This document shows, piece after piece, positions 12,835 through 26,659 of a stretch of DNA of 63,744 bases. The notes beneath the pieces were generated by a model. The model worked only from the letters and a program-made list of their open reading frames with translations. It was not told the DNA's origin and searched no databases. The translations under genes were made by a program, and so were the position numbers. The stretch is from Negaprion brevirostris (lineage: Eukaryota): NCBI GenBank assembly GCA_030324005.1, contig JARDVH010000154.1:15056255-15119998 (forward strand), written 5' to 3'. Position 1 is the stretch's first letter, and each line of letters begins with the position of its first letter.

Positions 12835-12955
12835 AACTCTATAGTGCAGAAACAGGCCATTGGGCCCATCGAGTCTGTACCAACCACAGTCCTACTCAGG
12901 CCCTACCCCCATATCCCTGCATATTTATCTGCTAATCCCTCTAACCTATGCATTT
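12835..12955 (-). mobile_element. HE1-type SINE 3' tail
   Basis: ctatagtgcaga..aggccattgggcccatcgagtctg. Confidence 0.75.
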
Positions 12956-13207
12956 TGACTTGATGTAGTATTTAAATTGTCTTGCATTTAAAGAATATTA
13001 ATTGATGTGACAGTAGAATTGTATTAAGGCACAGGAATGAAAATTAAGTAACAGTATTTATCTTGAATAGAAAGTTATTTTTAAGCAGCCAGAAATGAGC
13101 ATAGAAAGCAGAGTAAATAAAGTATTTGTTTCTTGGCAGATAACTGTTTCTATGTTGAATGTAAGTCTGACATTGCTTCAAATACCCTGACTGTTTATTG
13201 TTCACAG

Positions 13208-13305
13208 GGTTTGTCGAAAAGGAAATCCGAAAAGCAAACCTTGCAATTTTGGATACTGGAGAAAATCCTGAGGTTCCTTTTCCTCGTGACATGATTGACT
13301 TGGAA
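13208..13305 (+). CDS. ATP6V0A1: coding exon 3 (FVEKEIRKANLAILDTGENPEVPFPRDMIDLE)
   Basis: cacag acceptor, 98 nt, donor GTAAGC. Confidence 0.97.
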
Positions 13306-13929
13306 GTAAGCAAGTTGGGCATTAAAAGTTAATTTTCTCCTAAAGGCAATGATTCTGCAAAAGACGACTTTTACTGTCACTAGCATGAACTCCACTTCAG
13401 GATTCATGTGACCTTTGCTCAGTGAACTAATCTTAAGTAGTTTGAGTAGGATTACTGCAGGTTGATCCAATGCTTGTATGCTGGCAATTTTCTTTCCATG
13501 GTGACAAATGAAATAATATGAGCTACTGGAAGATAGCCTCTACTTCAAAGTGGGGCTTCCTCCTGCAGCCTGCTGGTCTAGATCACAGCTGGTAAACCAT
13601 AAACCCAGAGCCATGCTCTGGGGCGCTTGGTTTGAATCCCATCGTGGTGGATGGTAGAATCGTCATGTGGCAAGCCTGAATGTGCTAAAAATATAGAGAG
13701 ACAATTATTGATATTAGATCCATGATATATTTTTAAAGAGAGCTCTCTTGCTTAAGTTGAGAACTGGACTGACTGCACTGAATATATGAGAAGGGATTAG
13801 TTGCTTAATCAACAACTGTTAATAAAAGTTCGTAAAGCAGCTCCACTGACATCAGTTTGCGTCCTATTGAGACATGGACTCTCAGACATAACGCAGTTGT
13901 CTGTTGTACTTCAATGTCTATCTGAGCGT

Positions 13930-14605
13930 TCGAACAGGAGAAGGTCTTTCGGCTCCGCAAACCTGTGATCTGATAAGATAATGGGTGATATGATAGTAAC
14001 CCAAGTCTGCAACCCCCCGCAATCCTGATAATCTTTCACCTGTTTGCTTACCAAAAATCTATCCACTTCTGCCTTAAAAAATATTCAAAGACCCTGCTTC
14101 CACCACCTTTTGAGGAAGAGTCCCAAAGACTCACGACCCTCTGAGAAAATGTTTTGTCTCATCTCCATTTTAAATGGACAGCCTTTTATGTTTAGACAGC
14201 AACATCTGATCCTTGATTCTGCCACAAGAGGAAACTTCCTGACCCCTCAGGATCTTGCATGTTTCAATCAGATTGCCTCTTGCTCTTGTGAATGCCAGCA
14301 GATACAAGCCTAGCCTGTCCAACCTTTCCTGGTATGCCAACCTGCCTGCTCTGGATATTAGTTTAATAAATCTTTGAACTGTTCTTATATTCTTCTGCAT
14401 TTTACATTCTTCCTTAAATAAGGTGACCAATATTTTACACAGTATTCCAGATGTGGTCTCACGATTGCTCTGTATAACTGAAGAAGAATTTCTGTACTTT
14501 TATATTCCATTCCGCTTGCAATAAATGATAACATTCAGCTTTCCTTATTACTTGCTGTACCTGCATGGTAGCCTTTTGCAGTTTATGCAGTAAGACACCA
14601 GATGG
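13930..14605 (-). mobile_element. CR1 LINE 3' fragment
   Basis: minus ORF VQRFIKLI..LAYQERLDRLGLYLL..RARGNLIETCKILRG. Confidence 0.85.
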
Positions 14606-14659
14606 AACAAAATGGGAAAAGGTAATTAAGGAGGGAGGAGACTTGTGTGAAATATAAAC

Positions 14660-14915
14660 ATAGATGATGAATGGGATGGATAGGATAGAGGTGGAGAGGC
14701 TCTTCCCGCTCAGAAAGGACAGTAGGACTAGGGGGCACNNNNNNNNNNNNNNNNNNNNNNNNNNNNNNNNNNNNNNNNNNNNNNNNNNNNNNNNNNNNNN
14801 NNNNNNNNNNNNNNNNNNNNNNNNNNNNNNNNNNNNNNTGATCTTATTGAATGGCGGGGCAGGCTCGAAGGGCTGGATGGCCTACTCCTGCTCCTATTTC
14901 CTATTTCTTATGTTC
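14660..14915 (+). mobile_element. CR1 LINE 3' fragment spanning gap
   Basis: MNGMDRIEVERLFPL..SRTRGH; tail gaatggcggggcaggctcgaagggc..atggcctactcctgct. Confidence 0.85.
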
Positions 14916-15866
14916 AAATAGAGTGAAATAGTCACTTCCTGTGCTTCAAATTCTGTTATGCAAGTTGTACTGGAAACTCAGAGGTAAATGAAAAGTGGTA
15001 ATCTACCACGTGCTTGGATTATAAGTTATCAGGTATGGTCCTTCAACCCTAGTTGGTTTGCAAGTTGATGGACAGCCATGTCACGTGTGTAACCTTGAGC
15101 CCTGTATTCTGTATATTCTGTCTTATATTAGCATTTTTTTTTGCTCTATAACTATTAAAAGTCACAATTTTTTGGTGGTGTTAGTACTAAGTTTGAAAAC
15201 CAATAGTTTAATTCAAAGTGAATTGTTTAACTCAGGAAAACCATCTGTACCTTTTTTTTGTTCCAAGTTACTTTTTCCACCAGCATTGTTGTACATGTGT
15301 GGTAAGTAAAGAATCAAATCTGTACTGTCTTGCTGCTTGCTGGTTTATTTCTTCACAATAAGTAGACAATGCTGCATAGCTGTTGATGTATATTGCAGAA
15401 AGAGTAGTAGTGAATACAAGGCAGCTTTGCCCTAAGTTTTGAATTCAAATGATTTTGAGTCAATCATTGCAGTTTAAAACCCTTCAATAAACTTCTCAAA
15501 ACTACATTTTTTTAGTGAATTAGACTGGTTTTCAGCAAGATGCAGTGAATAAAATCCATTATTGCTTGAGGCTTTATCTTGCAGACAATTGTGTACTGTT
15601 GATTGAGTCCTTCCATGAGAGAGCTCTCAAATGGAATAAGTTTGACTGTTAGCTATAATCTTGTATTGAACAGCAGAAAGTTTTTTGGGATTCAGACGTT
15701 AACAGCACCAACAGAGCCTGGCTTGGGCAGTTTATCACCTAACCACCTCCAGTGTATGAGACTAGCATTGTAATATGCTGTGAAATTAATACTGGGAACT
15801 TCCAATTTCCAATCCATACTGAATTTTAACTAAAGGCGACATCTCTTTTTATTTTTTATTTTTCAG

Positions 15867-15995
15867 GCAACCTTTGAGAAACTTGAAAATGAACTGAAAG
15901 AAATCAATACCAATCAGGAGGCATTAAAACGTAACTTCTTAGAGTTGACTGAACTGAAATATATTCTACGAAGAACCCAGCAGTTCTTTGACGAG
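15867..15995 (+). CDS. ATP6V0A1: coding exon 4 ([43 protein letters not shown])
   Basis: tttcag acceptor, 129 nt, donor GTCAGA. Confidence 0.97.
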
Positions 15996-17081
15996 GTCAG
16001 ATTATTGTAAACTTGTCATTTTAATTCATTCTACCATATCTCATTGAGGATTAGTTGATGCTCGCAATGTATGTGCGCATCACTGGCAGCTGTCCATGTT
16101 TTCATGGTTTGCTGGCTCACTTTGATCGCACACTGCAAAACAATGTAATATTTCATACCAACTACATCAGATATTTTCTAAAACTCATCTGTATGATGAT
16201 TAAGTTGCGCTTAGCGGCAAACCACATTATTTTAAATTTTGCTTATTTGCTTTTCCACCTAAATATTGATAATCTGGGATGCCTTGCAATTAATTCTGTT
16301 CTATGTAATCAATGTAATGTTTCTTGGAAAATTAGATGGGTTAAAAGTTGATGCTGTTGAAAAGCTCTTCAAATGTTAAATGTCTTTAAATTTGAACAAG
16401 ATGTTGCACTGATGCTGAATGGGCAAGTGTCTTCTGCTTGGTTTCTTTGGAAATGCGGTATAAACTTGTACTGAAAATTCCCATGCTGCACAAGAGTAGT
16501 TCTTGAAATATTCATACTTGGGGTATCTCAGAAACCCAGATAGTGTGTTTTTAATGCTGTTCTCCTTTTTATTATCTTAAGAGTGGGCTAGATGTACTCA
16601 TTTAACTGCTCTTTATGGTCAACCTTATTGTCCAAGAGCTTTCTCTTCAATAGTTTTTAAACAATTAACACTGACTGGGAAAACCAGTTACAGAGCTTAT
16701 TTCTGATTTGAGAAATTTTCTGCTGGATGGGACTTGAAATGTTAAGTAAGGAGTTGGAATAAACTAAATTAGTGGCACTATTGCTTGTAAATAGTACAGC
16801 TCTACTCATTAGTTCTTCTGATTCATTAATTTCATGATCTACGCTGGAAGGAAATAACATTAATTTAGTACATCATCTCAGGTTATGTACCTCCTCTTGA
16901 TTAGCTTGAATGTTGTTTTGCAGATCTGGAAATAGATAGTTTGGAAACTGAAAAGTGGAGTATAGCATTTTTTTTCAATCTCTGTGGGAAATGTACATTT
17001 CAGTTGCATCAAACATTCGCATTTTGTAACTTGTAATGTCCCATACTACTTGTTCATCAACTTGTCGCACTGATTTGTTTA

Positions 17082-17099
17082 ACACACACACACACACAG
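17082..17099 (+). repeat. (AC)n microsatellite abutting a gap
   Basis: acacacacacacacaca. Confidence 0.8.
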
Positions 17100-18364
17100 A
17101 GACNNNNNNNNNNNNNNNNNNNNNNNNNNNNNNNNNNNNNNNNNNNNNNNNNATGGGTGGGCAGAATTTTCTGTTATTACACTGGATGTGTTAGGTCTTG
17201 CATTCCACTTGTACAGAGAAAAAAGATAGGTAAAATCATACTTTCGTAAAGGAGCATGTTTGATTTTCCATCCATTTAAATTAATGTTGAGGAAACTGTC
17301 ATGCTCCTCTAACCTGTGATCCAACTTAAATTATTTTTTTCTCTTTGTAACCAAGCTATTCATTATGCCAGATAAAGAGGGAGATAATTGAAAAGTAAAT
17401 GCTAACATGCTTAGTTTTTAAACTCAAGAACCCAGGTATTTATTAAAATAATTAAGTCACAAGGTTCACTGTTGTAATCTAAAGAATTTTGCTTCACAAA
17501 AATATAAGATGAACAACTGCTCTCTATCTTAAATAGTCACTTGCATGAAAGATAATGCAAATACAATTAATACTTTATGCTGAACTTCTTAACTCCACTT
17601 GCCTTCTCCATCCACTTGACTTGCATACTCACTAAACTCAGGGTCAGTTACATATCCAAAATTGAAAGATTAACCACTTGGTCTGAGAACGGTCCGGGTT
17701 TTGTATACCAGTTGAGATTTTTTGGACCTTCTGTTTACTTGCAGTAAGGTTATCTTTTCGAATCTCCTCCTATGTCAACACAGACATTGCTAACATCTTT
17801 TTAAGTATAGGCAGCTTTGCTCAGATCTCCCCGGATCTAAAGTATTGCATTTAGAACTTCCTGTCTTCTGCTTGGCTATCACTGAAATTCAGCCATTAGA
17901 GTTCCTCAGTTAACAAGAGTTTACACTTTAGCCAACACAGAATTCCAGCTGAATTCTGTTGAAAGTGCTGTATCCTGTTACCAACCTATTCTAAACTCAA
18001 AATTAATGTGCTTGAACAGAGCACTACAAAATCCACTCCCCCTGCAGTTAACACTTTATTCTACTGTTTATCTCTGTCAACTTGGTCACATCATTCACTG
18101 GAAGCAAGCTGTTTTTCTTTTACCTGGAATCATCTCGGGGAGAGAGAGAGTGAGTTCGTAAAAGGATGATTACCATAATGTATAGTTCTCTCCTGTACCA
18201 CAGCCCTGCTCAAAGCAAATGTCCTGCCCACTCAGAATATTGAGGGTGCTGGAAATCTGAAATAAAAACCAAATAAGTTGGAAATACATTGAATATTTTC
18301 AGCATTTTCTGCTCAGATAGAAATACTTTCTCTGATATATTTTAAAATACATCTAGTATATAAT

Positions 18365-18808
18365 GGGTGGCACGGTGGCACACTGGTTAGCAGTGCTGCC
18401 TCTCAGCACCAGAGACTTGGGTCACTGGCTGTGTGAAGTTTGCACATTCTTCCTATGTCTGTGTGTGTTTCCTNNNNNNNNNNNNNNNNNNNNNNNNNNN
18501 NNNNNNNNNNNNNNNNNNNNNNNNNNNNNNNNNNNNNNNNNNNNNNNNNNNNNNNNNNNNNNNNNNNNNNNNNGTGAAGTTTGCACATTCTTCCTATGTC
18601 TGTGTGTGTTTCCTCCAGGACTCCTGCTTCCTCCCACGGTCCAAAGATGTGCGAGTTAGGTTGATTGGCCATGCTAAATTGTTTCTTGGTGCCAGGAGGA
18701 TTATCAGGCTAAATATGTGGGGTTATGGGGATAGGTCTTGGGTGAGATTGTGGTCAGTGCAGGCTTGATGGGCCAAATGGCCTCCTTCTGCACTGTAGAG
18801 ATTCTGTG
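18365..18808 (+). mobile_element. HE1-type V-SINE, near full length, gap inside
   Basis: head ggtggcacggtggcaca..ggttagca, V-core, tail ctgcactgtagagattct. Confidence 0.9.
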
Positions 18809-21649
18809 AATATATTGAACATTTGATTATAAGTGGTAGACATGTGAATAACTTTGCACCCAATTTGCATGAAGCAGCAGACACCCTCTGCGTGTATAAT
18901 GTGGTAAATTGGGAGATGATGTAAAGGGACCTGGATGTGCATAAAATTTGTAAATAGTCCCAAGACAAATTACAAGCAAAACTACACTTGGTCTCCCATT
19001 CAGCTTTGGTATTATTGCCCTTGCCATGGACATTGCTTTTGATCCTTGTCACTTTTATTTGCTATGGTGAAATCTGTGCGAAGGTTGACATGCACATTTG
19101 AAGAGTTTACTATCCTTTTGTCACAGGAAGTCTGCCTGATACTATTGTAAATACTGACATAGATATGCACAGTGACTTGCAGCTGCTGACTTGAAAATGG
19201 TTATGATCATAAGTGAGCCAATATTGTTTTTGATTGGAAAATGTGAAAAATGGATTGGAAAGTTGTTAAATGACTGAATTGTAAAACATGAAATTGTCCC
19301 TAGAAAAGCAGGTATTTTTCCTCTGTGTTTGGGCAATCAGTTTTATGCTATTTTGGAGATTATTTAATATTCATCAATAGGGAACTATTTGAACTACAGT
19401 CTCCCCAATTTATATTTGAATGTTGATAGATTTGAGGAAACCATCCGCTATGAGAGCAGAATAGTTGCTAAGAAGTTAATTTTCATTATGTTGCAATCAC
19501 ATCTAATGTGCTTGATTGTGAAGAAACTCAGAGCTGAATCTATGCTAGGGTTGGTTTCGAACTGGCACATAGTAGCTGTCAGCCATTTGAGTTGAAGGGA
19601 CAACCACCATAGTCTTCCTCTGTCCAAGAAGTGATGGACTCTAGTATTCCTCCAGTCACAGGACACCAAGTATGTGAGCAGTGCTTGTTACTGTAGGTCT
19701 GTTTATTGCTGGCCAACCATAGTTATAGTATATACCGCTGAATCCCGCTGCTTCCCTGCCACTGTTGGTGTTTCACTGCCTACTCCGTGCTGTTCTGATG
19801 GCTACGAATTATAGAAATAGATCAATCTGCAAAAGAACTTGATTTTAACACAAATAGGTAAAATCCTATCATCTCTTGGATCTAACACCCTGAATTGATT
19901 TTCTTCCTTCATAAATTAATACCTTTGTACATTTTGACATTTGTATCTTGGATCACAGCGCATGTTCTAGTCTAAACAGACCCGCATGATTTGATCTAAC
20001 ATTGGCATTCATCATGCCAGTTTCTAATCTCAAAAGTCTTGTAATGTATTTTTGTTCTTGTAGTTCAGTTGGACAATCCATCTACCTAAAACTGTGCGGC
20101 AATAATGAACTGCCAAAGAGACGTGAGGAAAAATACCTGCTAAACATGTTGTCACTGCCTTGTGGGCACCATAACATCTAATTTATTCACTTCAGCTGTG
20201 TGTGTTCCATTTGTCCTCTCAATCCTTCCTTCAACAAAGCAGTGGTATTGTCTGCACTTCTTGTAGCAAACTATAAAGCCATTTTAGCTGGCAGCTGAAG
20301 GATCAAGAATGTTAATCATATTTGTCCTTTTCCCAGTCTTCTGTTTTTTTTAAACATAGGCAGGACAGTAACAACGGGAGAGCTAAGTTTTGAATCTTTC
20401 AGCGTAAACAGCCTTAAGTGCAGGAAACTAAGGAAGACTGGAAAAGTAACAGTTAATGGCATGCAGATCCCCATTCCTCTCCCCACCCTCCCTCCCCTTC
20501 TACCTCCTCTGATTTATTGTGAATCTTTTATTTTGTTCTCTTGTTTGCTTATTATTTTGAGTAAATTGTTGCAAATCTGATTTGTTTTTCTGCTCTTTGA
20601 AAAGTTCAGGACTGATTTTTATAGTTTGATCTCCAGTTAAGAGCCCACATATTGACTTTTTTTTTCTTTTGCAAATTGAAACCCATTTTTCTCACATTAC
20701 TGAGCTATTTGTATTTAAAACTCTGTGGAGCACACTTATTGGCTAATTTCATACATTGTCGTATAAATGTGGCCTCATAGTGGAGATCAATCTTGACTCA
20801 GGATGGGGCTTGTGAAGTACTCCCTGCAAAACTTTTCTTACACGATAAACTATTCTACAATGTGTCTTTAAATTGTCTGTTTCTAGGAGCTGAACCCTAA
20901 TGTTAGCTGATGAAAATTTCTTACAAACTCATCTTTTGCAAATGTTTTTAAAACCACCTGAATTTTCCAGAGGCAATATTTCACTAAATCTACATCTTCC
21001 TCCTCTTTTTTTCTCAAAGGTTTGGATCCCAGAAATTTTTCTCATGCTTCTTGTGGAAAGGCCAAGTAATTATCTAAAAATCTTGCTGCGCAGGTCTAAC
21101 TACCCCAGGTGTACAAGCTACGTAAAAATGCTGCAGCCGTAATTTTGAGGGATTCAATAATAAACCCAGTGCCATCTAGTTTTTTGACCTAAGGTTGGTT
21201 AGATTAATCGAAGCCTGATATTTGGTTATGAAGTTGCAATCTAAACGAGTGCCTCTAGTAAGCTTACAGAGAGGAAAGATTTAAGTTTGGCTTTTGTGAA
21301 GTGTAAAAGCTTCAGGCTGAGTTTCAGCTTTGCATGTTGAAGATTTTAAAAATGATTTCTTGAGTTTCAGGACAGATGTACTTAGAAAGTTAAGCAATTA
21401 AATGTGAAAAACGTGCGCAGTATGTAAAATTTGAGCGATCTTGGGTATACTGCACTTGGGTGTATTCCCATTTCTTATGTATAATGTTCACTATATATAA
21501 AAAGAAGTGTCTCTCCTTATTTTCCTTTTTTATTGTAAGTTTGCCTTTCCTTAATACTAGAGTTCCTTTTCAATCTTGGCTACACAGCTTTGCAATGTGT
21601 AGTGAAGCATTTCAGGATTTTATTTGAGCTTGTGACTGAAGACCAGTGA

Positions 21650-21990
21650 TGGGGAGGCGATGGCCTAGTGGCATTACCACTTTAGTATTAATCCAGAAAC
21701 TCAGATAAAGTTCTGGGGATGTGGGTTTGAATCCCCCACACCAGATGGTGGAATTTGAATTCAATAAAAATAGCTAGACCATGAAACCGTTGATTGTCAG
21801 AAGAACCCATCTGGTTCATTAATGTCTCTTTAGGGAAGGAAATCTGCCGTCCTTACTCAGTCTGGCCTTTGTGACTCCAGAGCCACAGCAATGTGATTGA
21901 CTCTTACCTGCCCTCCGAACAAGAAAAATGCGATATGGACAATAAATGCTGGCTGGTTAGCCAGCGACACATATCCCACTATTAAAAACA
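21650..21990 (+). mobile_element. full-length tRNA-SINE family C
   Basis: A-box tggcctagtgg, B-box gggtttgaatcc, core ctggttcattaatgtc..tagggaaggaaatctgcc, tail aataaatgctgg..gccagcgac..atccca. Confidence 0.85.
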
Positions 21991-24900
21991 AATATTTTTT
22001 CACACTTGAAAGGGAAAAGGAACTGTCTTTGTCACAAATTATTTTACTGAGTTCCTAATTAAAATCAATGCTCATGTAAATTTTGAAAGACAGTAGCCTC
22101 TGTCCAGACAACCTTTGTTCCAGGTTAGGACGTTTCAGTTGAGAATGGAACGCAATGGGCTGGATTTTGTCACTGTAATGGTGGCAAAACTGTGTTCGCC
22201 CTCATTGCAGCAGTGAAACTGACCAAAACTTCTGGCATTTGCACATATGCATTTACATGTGAAATCAAAGTGTTATCAGTGATTCCCAGCTTCTCTAGAG
22301 GTTGTATTTCTGCAGACACAGCAGAAGGAAGTTCAAAATTCCTTGAAATGATGTGAATTTTGAGTCTTACTCTTGACTCACTATTTTTAAAAACAGAGTT
22401 TGGAAAGTAACTCGATGAATGTGCCATAACTAGGTTTCCAACAGAACATCAAGTTCTTAATTACTGCCAAACAGCCTCTGATCCTGAAGAACTAATTTTA
22501 AATTTGTGGANNNNNNNNNNNNNNNNNNNNNNNNNNNNNNNNNNNNNNNNNNNNNNNNNNNNNNNNNNNNNNNNNNNNNNNNNNNNNNNNNNNNNNNNNN
22601 NNNNNNNNNNCTGAAGAACTAATTTTAAATTTGTGGAATATCAAATTTCCCCATTATCATTTTATTGGTTTATATGTCATAAGTTTGATCAACTTCTACC
22701 ATTGTTCCATCTATCGTGCAATCTTTATTTTGTTCTTGTGGGGTGCAAAAATGCTGAAAAGTAAAAGTTATTTTTCTGTGCATTTTCTAGTATCTAGTGA
22801 ATTCATCACATGCTTAACCTACTTGAATGACACTACTGCCTGGGCTATTGGAGATCCTCTATAGTTGGCACCTGAGATAAATGAGACTGATGTCACAGAG
22901 ATCACTATATCTTTGTATCCAACTTTCTTTGAAGTTGGGGTGAACATCATTATGTTGCCACTGGCACCAGTATCTCTCCCAGTGAACCACTGTGGCTGCA
23001 ATTGGTTTTCCCTTCAAGTGTTTTTTAAAGTCTGTTTCTAAGTTGCTGAGATGAATGATGTCTTTATTCCAAACAAGATAAGGTTGAATGAATCAGATGA
23101 TTTCAACACCAGTACACCAACACCAATTGCTCTAAACTCTTAGGCATTCACGCTGTTCTGTCGGCAGTTTCATATTACTGATTACTCATTTTATATTGCA
23201 ATGTTGCTCCCGATATCTGGTGTTCAAGCTCTCTGTTGAAGTCCAGTAAAGGAAACACAAGTTCTGCTTCTTCATAAATTCACTTTAATTTTTGATTCTA
23301 GTCACGTACACTTCCAACACCCAGTGTGACCTATAAGTTCTTTTTATATCCCAGTGATTTTTATTAAATCATTAATATCCAATTCAGGATTTAAGTAGAA
23401 GTTAACTGTTAATCCATTCCTAACATCTGGGTGCTAATTAGTAAGCAGATGTGAAGTCCAGTGCTTGCTTACAACACACAAAAACCCATGCTTCACTGGG
23501 ACAGCTCAACATCTTTTACTGATTTTCCCCCTGGATTTTATTTTAAAATATGCATTTGTATAAGAATATCCTATCCAGAGCTTCTGCTCTCCAGTAGACA
23601 TATTGGAAATGCCAGCTTAGGAAACCAAGACCTGGAATCATGCAGATATAGTGAAAAATTATGCCTTAGCTTCCAGTGGATATGTGGGAAAGTGTGTAAA
23701 CCTGGGTGATTGACATTAACTGATAGATTTGGTATTGCTCCTTCAAAACCTGAGGTAAATATAAATGGGTTTATGTGCTGACCCTCTGAACTGACTGTGG
23801 GTAAGGTTTGTTGATTGGTTCTTAATACAGATTCCAACCCAAACCATTTCATTTTACATTAGGCGTTTACTTTAGTGTCCACTTTTTGTTCATTTTTTAA
23901 AATGAAGTAACTGGTTTTTGTGTACAAGACAAGCCCTCTTCTCGGTCATAACAGATTTGCTTTGAAGATTTTTAATTGTGAATTTAGAAGTTGCGCGCCA
24001 CAACTTTATTCTCCAGCCTTTTGCATACATTAAATGGCATGATGGTACATCTGGCATAATGTAACTTTTTTACTGTGGTTATTTTTAATAATGAGTACAC
24101 AAATTGATAAACATTGAATTTGGAATTTCCTAAAATATTTTTTGTACTTCATCTAAGTTTTCTGTAAAAGTCATATAGGGGTTAGCAACCTTTTTTCAGG
24201 ACCTGGATTTTCATCCAGCCAGAATTCTTCATCTTCAGCTGGAAACGTTCTATATGGCATGCCTTTGAACAGCCTGAACAAAGACGTGGTTGGTTAGATT
24301 CCACAAGAAAAGAAAATGTGAATTCGGCATTCGGTTAGCCATCTCTCTCTGGCTGCATGAGTGACTTGGCATCGGACCTGGAAAATTTTGGATTAAAATA
24401 GTTGTGGGATGGTGGGATTGTTCTTCTGAAGTTAGAACTAAAATTATTTGTGGTTGATATTGAACTTGTAGCCCAGATTTAAAATTGGCCTTGCCTCTTG
24501 GCTGCCTGTTAGAGAAACCAGCTAATTTTAAATCAGTTAATATACGTTTATGCCTAAAATAGGATAATGTTTCTTTCTCCATTGTTTAGCTGTGGGAATT
24601 GAGTACATTTTTCCCAATTAGACTAATTTAATAATTGTGAAGTGCACAACTTGACTAAGTATATACTGTTGTGCCTTTTAGGCTGCAGGCAATAAAATGT
24701 TAGAACTTCAACATTAAGAAAAATAAACTATTAAAGTAACATGAATCAAATAATACTGTCACTAAACATTAAAGCTATGAAACACTGCCACATTCCTCCT
24801 CCTCAGTTTATGTTCATGTAGGATAGATCACATCTTTTTGGTGTTATGAGTTAGAGGCTAAAATGATTTGCCTACTGCTTGGATGGACCAACATACTGGT

Positions 24901-26659
24901 ATCAAGGTGAAAGTCACTTGGGCGATATGATTGGGCCTTACTTATTGCACAACTGGGAAGCAGTGTAATAATATGATATTAATTCTAGCTTCTCATGTTT
25001 TAAAATATCTAGGCCAGAATTTCATTGCTAATCCACAGCTGTTTTATTGCGTTAAAATCTGTTCCAAAATGCTGAAGTGATAAAGCCACGAGTTTTGTTA
25101 GTTATTACAATTCAGGAAGTCACGTACTGATCTTTTGCAGCAAACAGATAGAATAAGCATCATAAGTTACACTTTTAAGTGATCCTTTGTCTAAAATTAA
25201 CATGTCCGTGCCTCATGGTAAGAATGCTGCCTCTGTATTTGGCGGTTTTTTTTCTCCTCTTGGATTTTCTCCACTGATAATCATGGGCACTGCCCTCAGG
25301 CTGGCCATTGGGAGAACTGAGCAGGGCACTTTTTTCTCATGTGTTCTACTTATATGGAGGCTCATAAGAGTGACCACTGTGGAAGACCACCTTCACTTGA
25401 GACCCAATGCCCCAGCAAAATAGCCTGGCTGAGTTTAGAGCCTCATCATGTTCATAAATGCATCAGCTTCTTGTCAATTTTTTGAACTAGGATTTATGAA
25501 AGGTTTCACATCCAGTTATTCAGTGTTCATTATATTTAGGAAGTATTCATTAGTATTTCATAAAAAGAGCAACAACTTTTAAAGATTTGCATTTAATAGA
25601 TATGGAGTGGCAGCCAACTTCTAAATTAAAATTTTTAGACATAATTGTTACCCTCCTGTGTGTGCATTTTTCACTTGTTTGTGATGTTTCTGCAGTGGTG
25701 GAAATTTAGAAAGACGCACTTCATCAATCCCTTAACAAATTCTATCTAGAGCTGCCGTCTTCAATGGGCTGAAGGTTCTGGCCAGAAGATTTCAGAGGAA
25801 TGGGAAAATCCATGTTAAACACCTTTAGTGCTTTTTCCATGAACACTTTTTTTCGCAAGAATTCAGATTGGATATCAGTTTCACAATTTGCAGTGTTATA
25901 GTTTGCTATTTTCTCATGCTTTACATCTGCCTTTGCTGACATTTTATACCATCAGAAAATGCTTGCTATAACTTGTTAATATGATCAATTGCAGTTGTAC
26001 TGAGGGTGCACAGTTTGCTCTGATCTTGAAGTGTTTTCCTGGTGATATTGCTGTAAATTTTAAAACTGCTCATCTTCTTTTAAGATATTTCAAGTGCATG
26101 GGACATATCTCTTTAATCGGTTACTAAATACTGATAAACCCATTTTTACCTTGTTTCAGTTTAGACATCTAGATATCCATTTGATAAGCTTTTCTAATGT
26201 TTCACTAATGTTTTGGTAGTGCATACTTCAAGTTGTGGCAAAGCATCAGTAAAGATGTAATGTTTCTGCAAGTTACACTATTTCTCTGATCCAAGAAAGG
26301 TATCTTGATGAATGAGGCTTTTGAAGATGGGCTTGATTGCAATTGAAATATGTTTTAATTACTGTAGAATGTAGCATTTAAAGTGCTCTTTGGCTTTCAT
26401 TTATACTAAAAATTTGGTATATTTAAACTCAGTATAACGTATACACCTAATTTAACAACCAGTGTTGTGGACCACTTGATTCAGTTGCCATTAGGTACAA
26501 TTGGTGTGATTAAAAGCCATAGCCATTCTTAAGTTAACATGTTTAGCCTTGAGTCAGTGCATGTTATTTGAATGCAGTAAAGAGACCTTTCCATTGCATT
26601 ATCTTGAATACCAAATACATTGATCTTCCAGTACTTGAGTACAAAATGTATGTCTTTGG

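Noticed and set aside
18433-18613. ~40-bp duplication inside HE1 on both sides of a 100-N gap
   Set aside because: Assembly overlap artefact
22484-22637. 27-bp exact direct repeat flanking a 100-N gap
   Set aside because: Typical contig-overlap artefact around an unknown-size gap, not a biological duplication
25141-25217. Possible 77-nt poison exon (ttttgcag..atg|gtaaga) with in-frame stop
   Set aside because: Splice-like pairs are common by chance in a 12-kb intron; no independent support without RNA-seq or conservation
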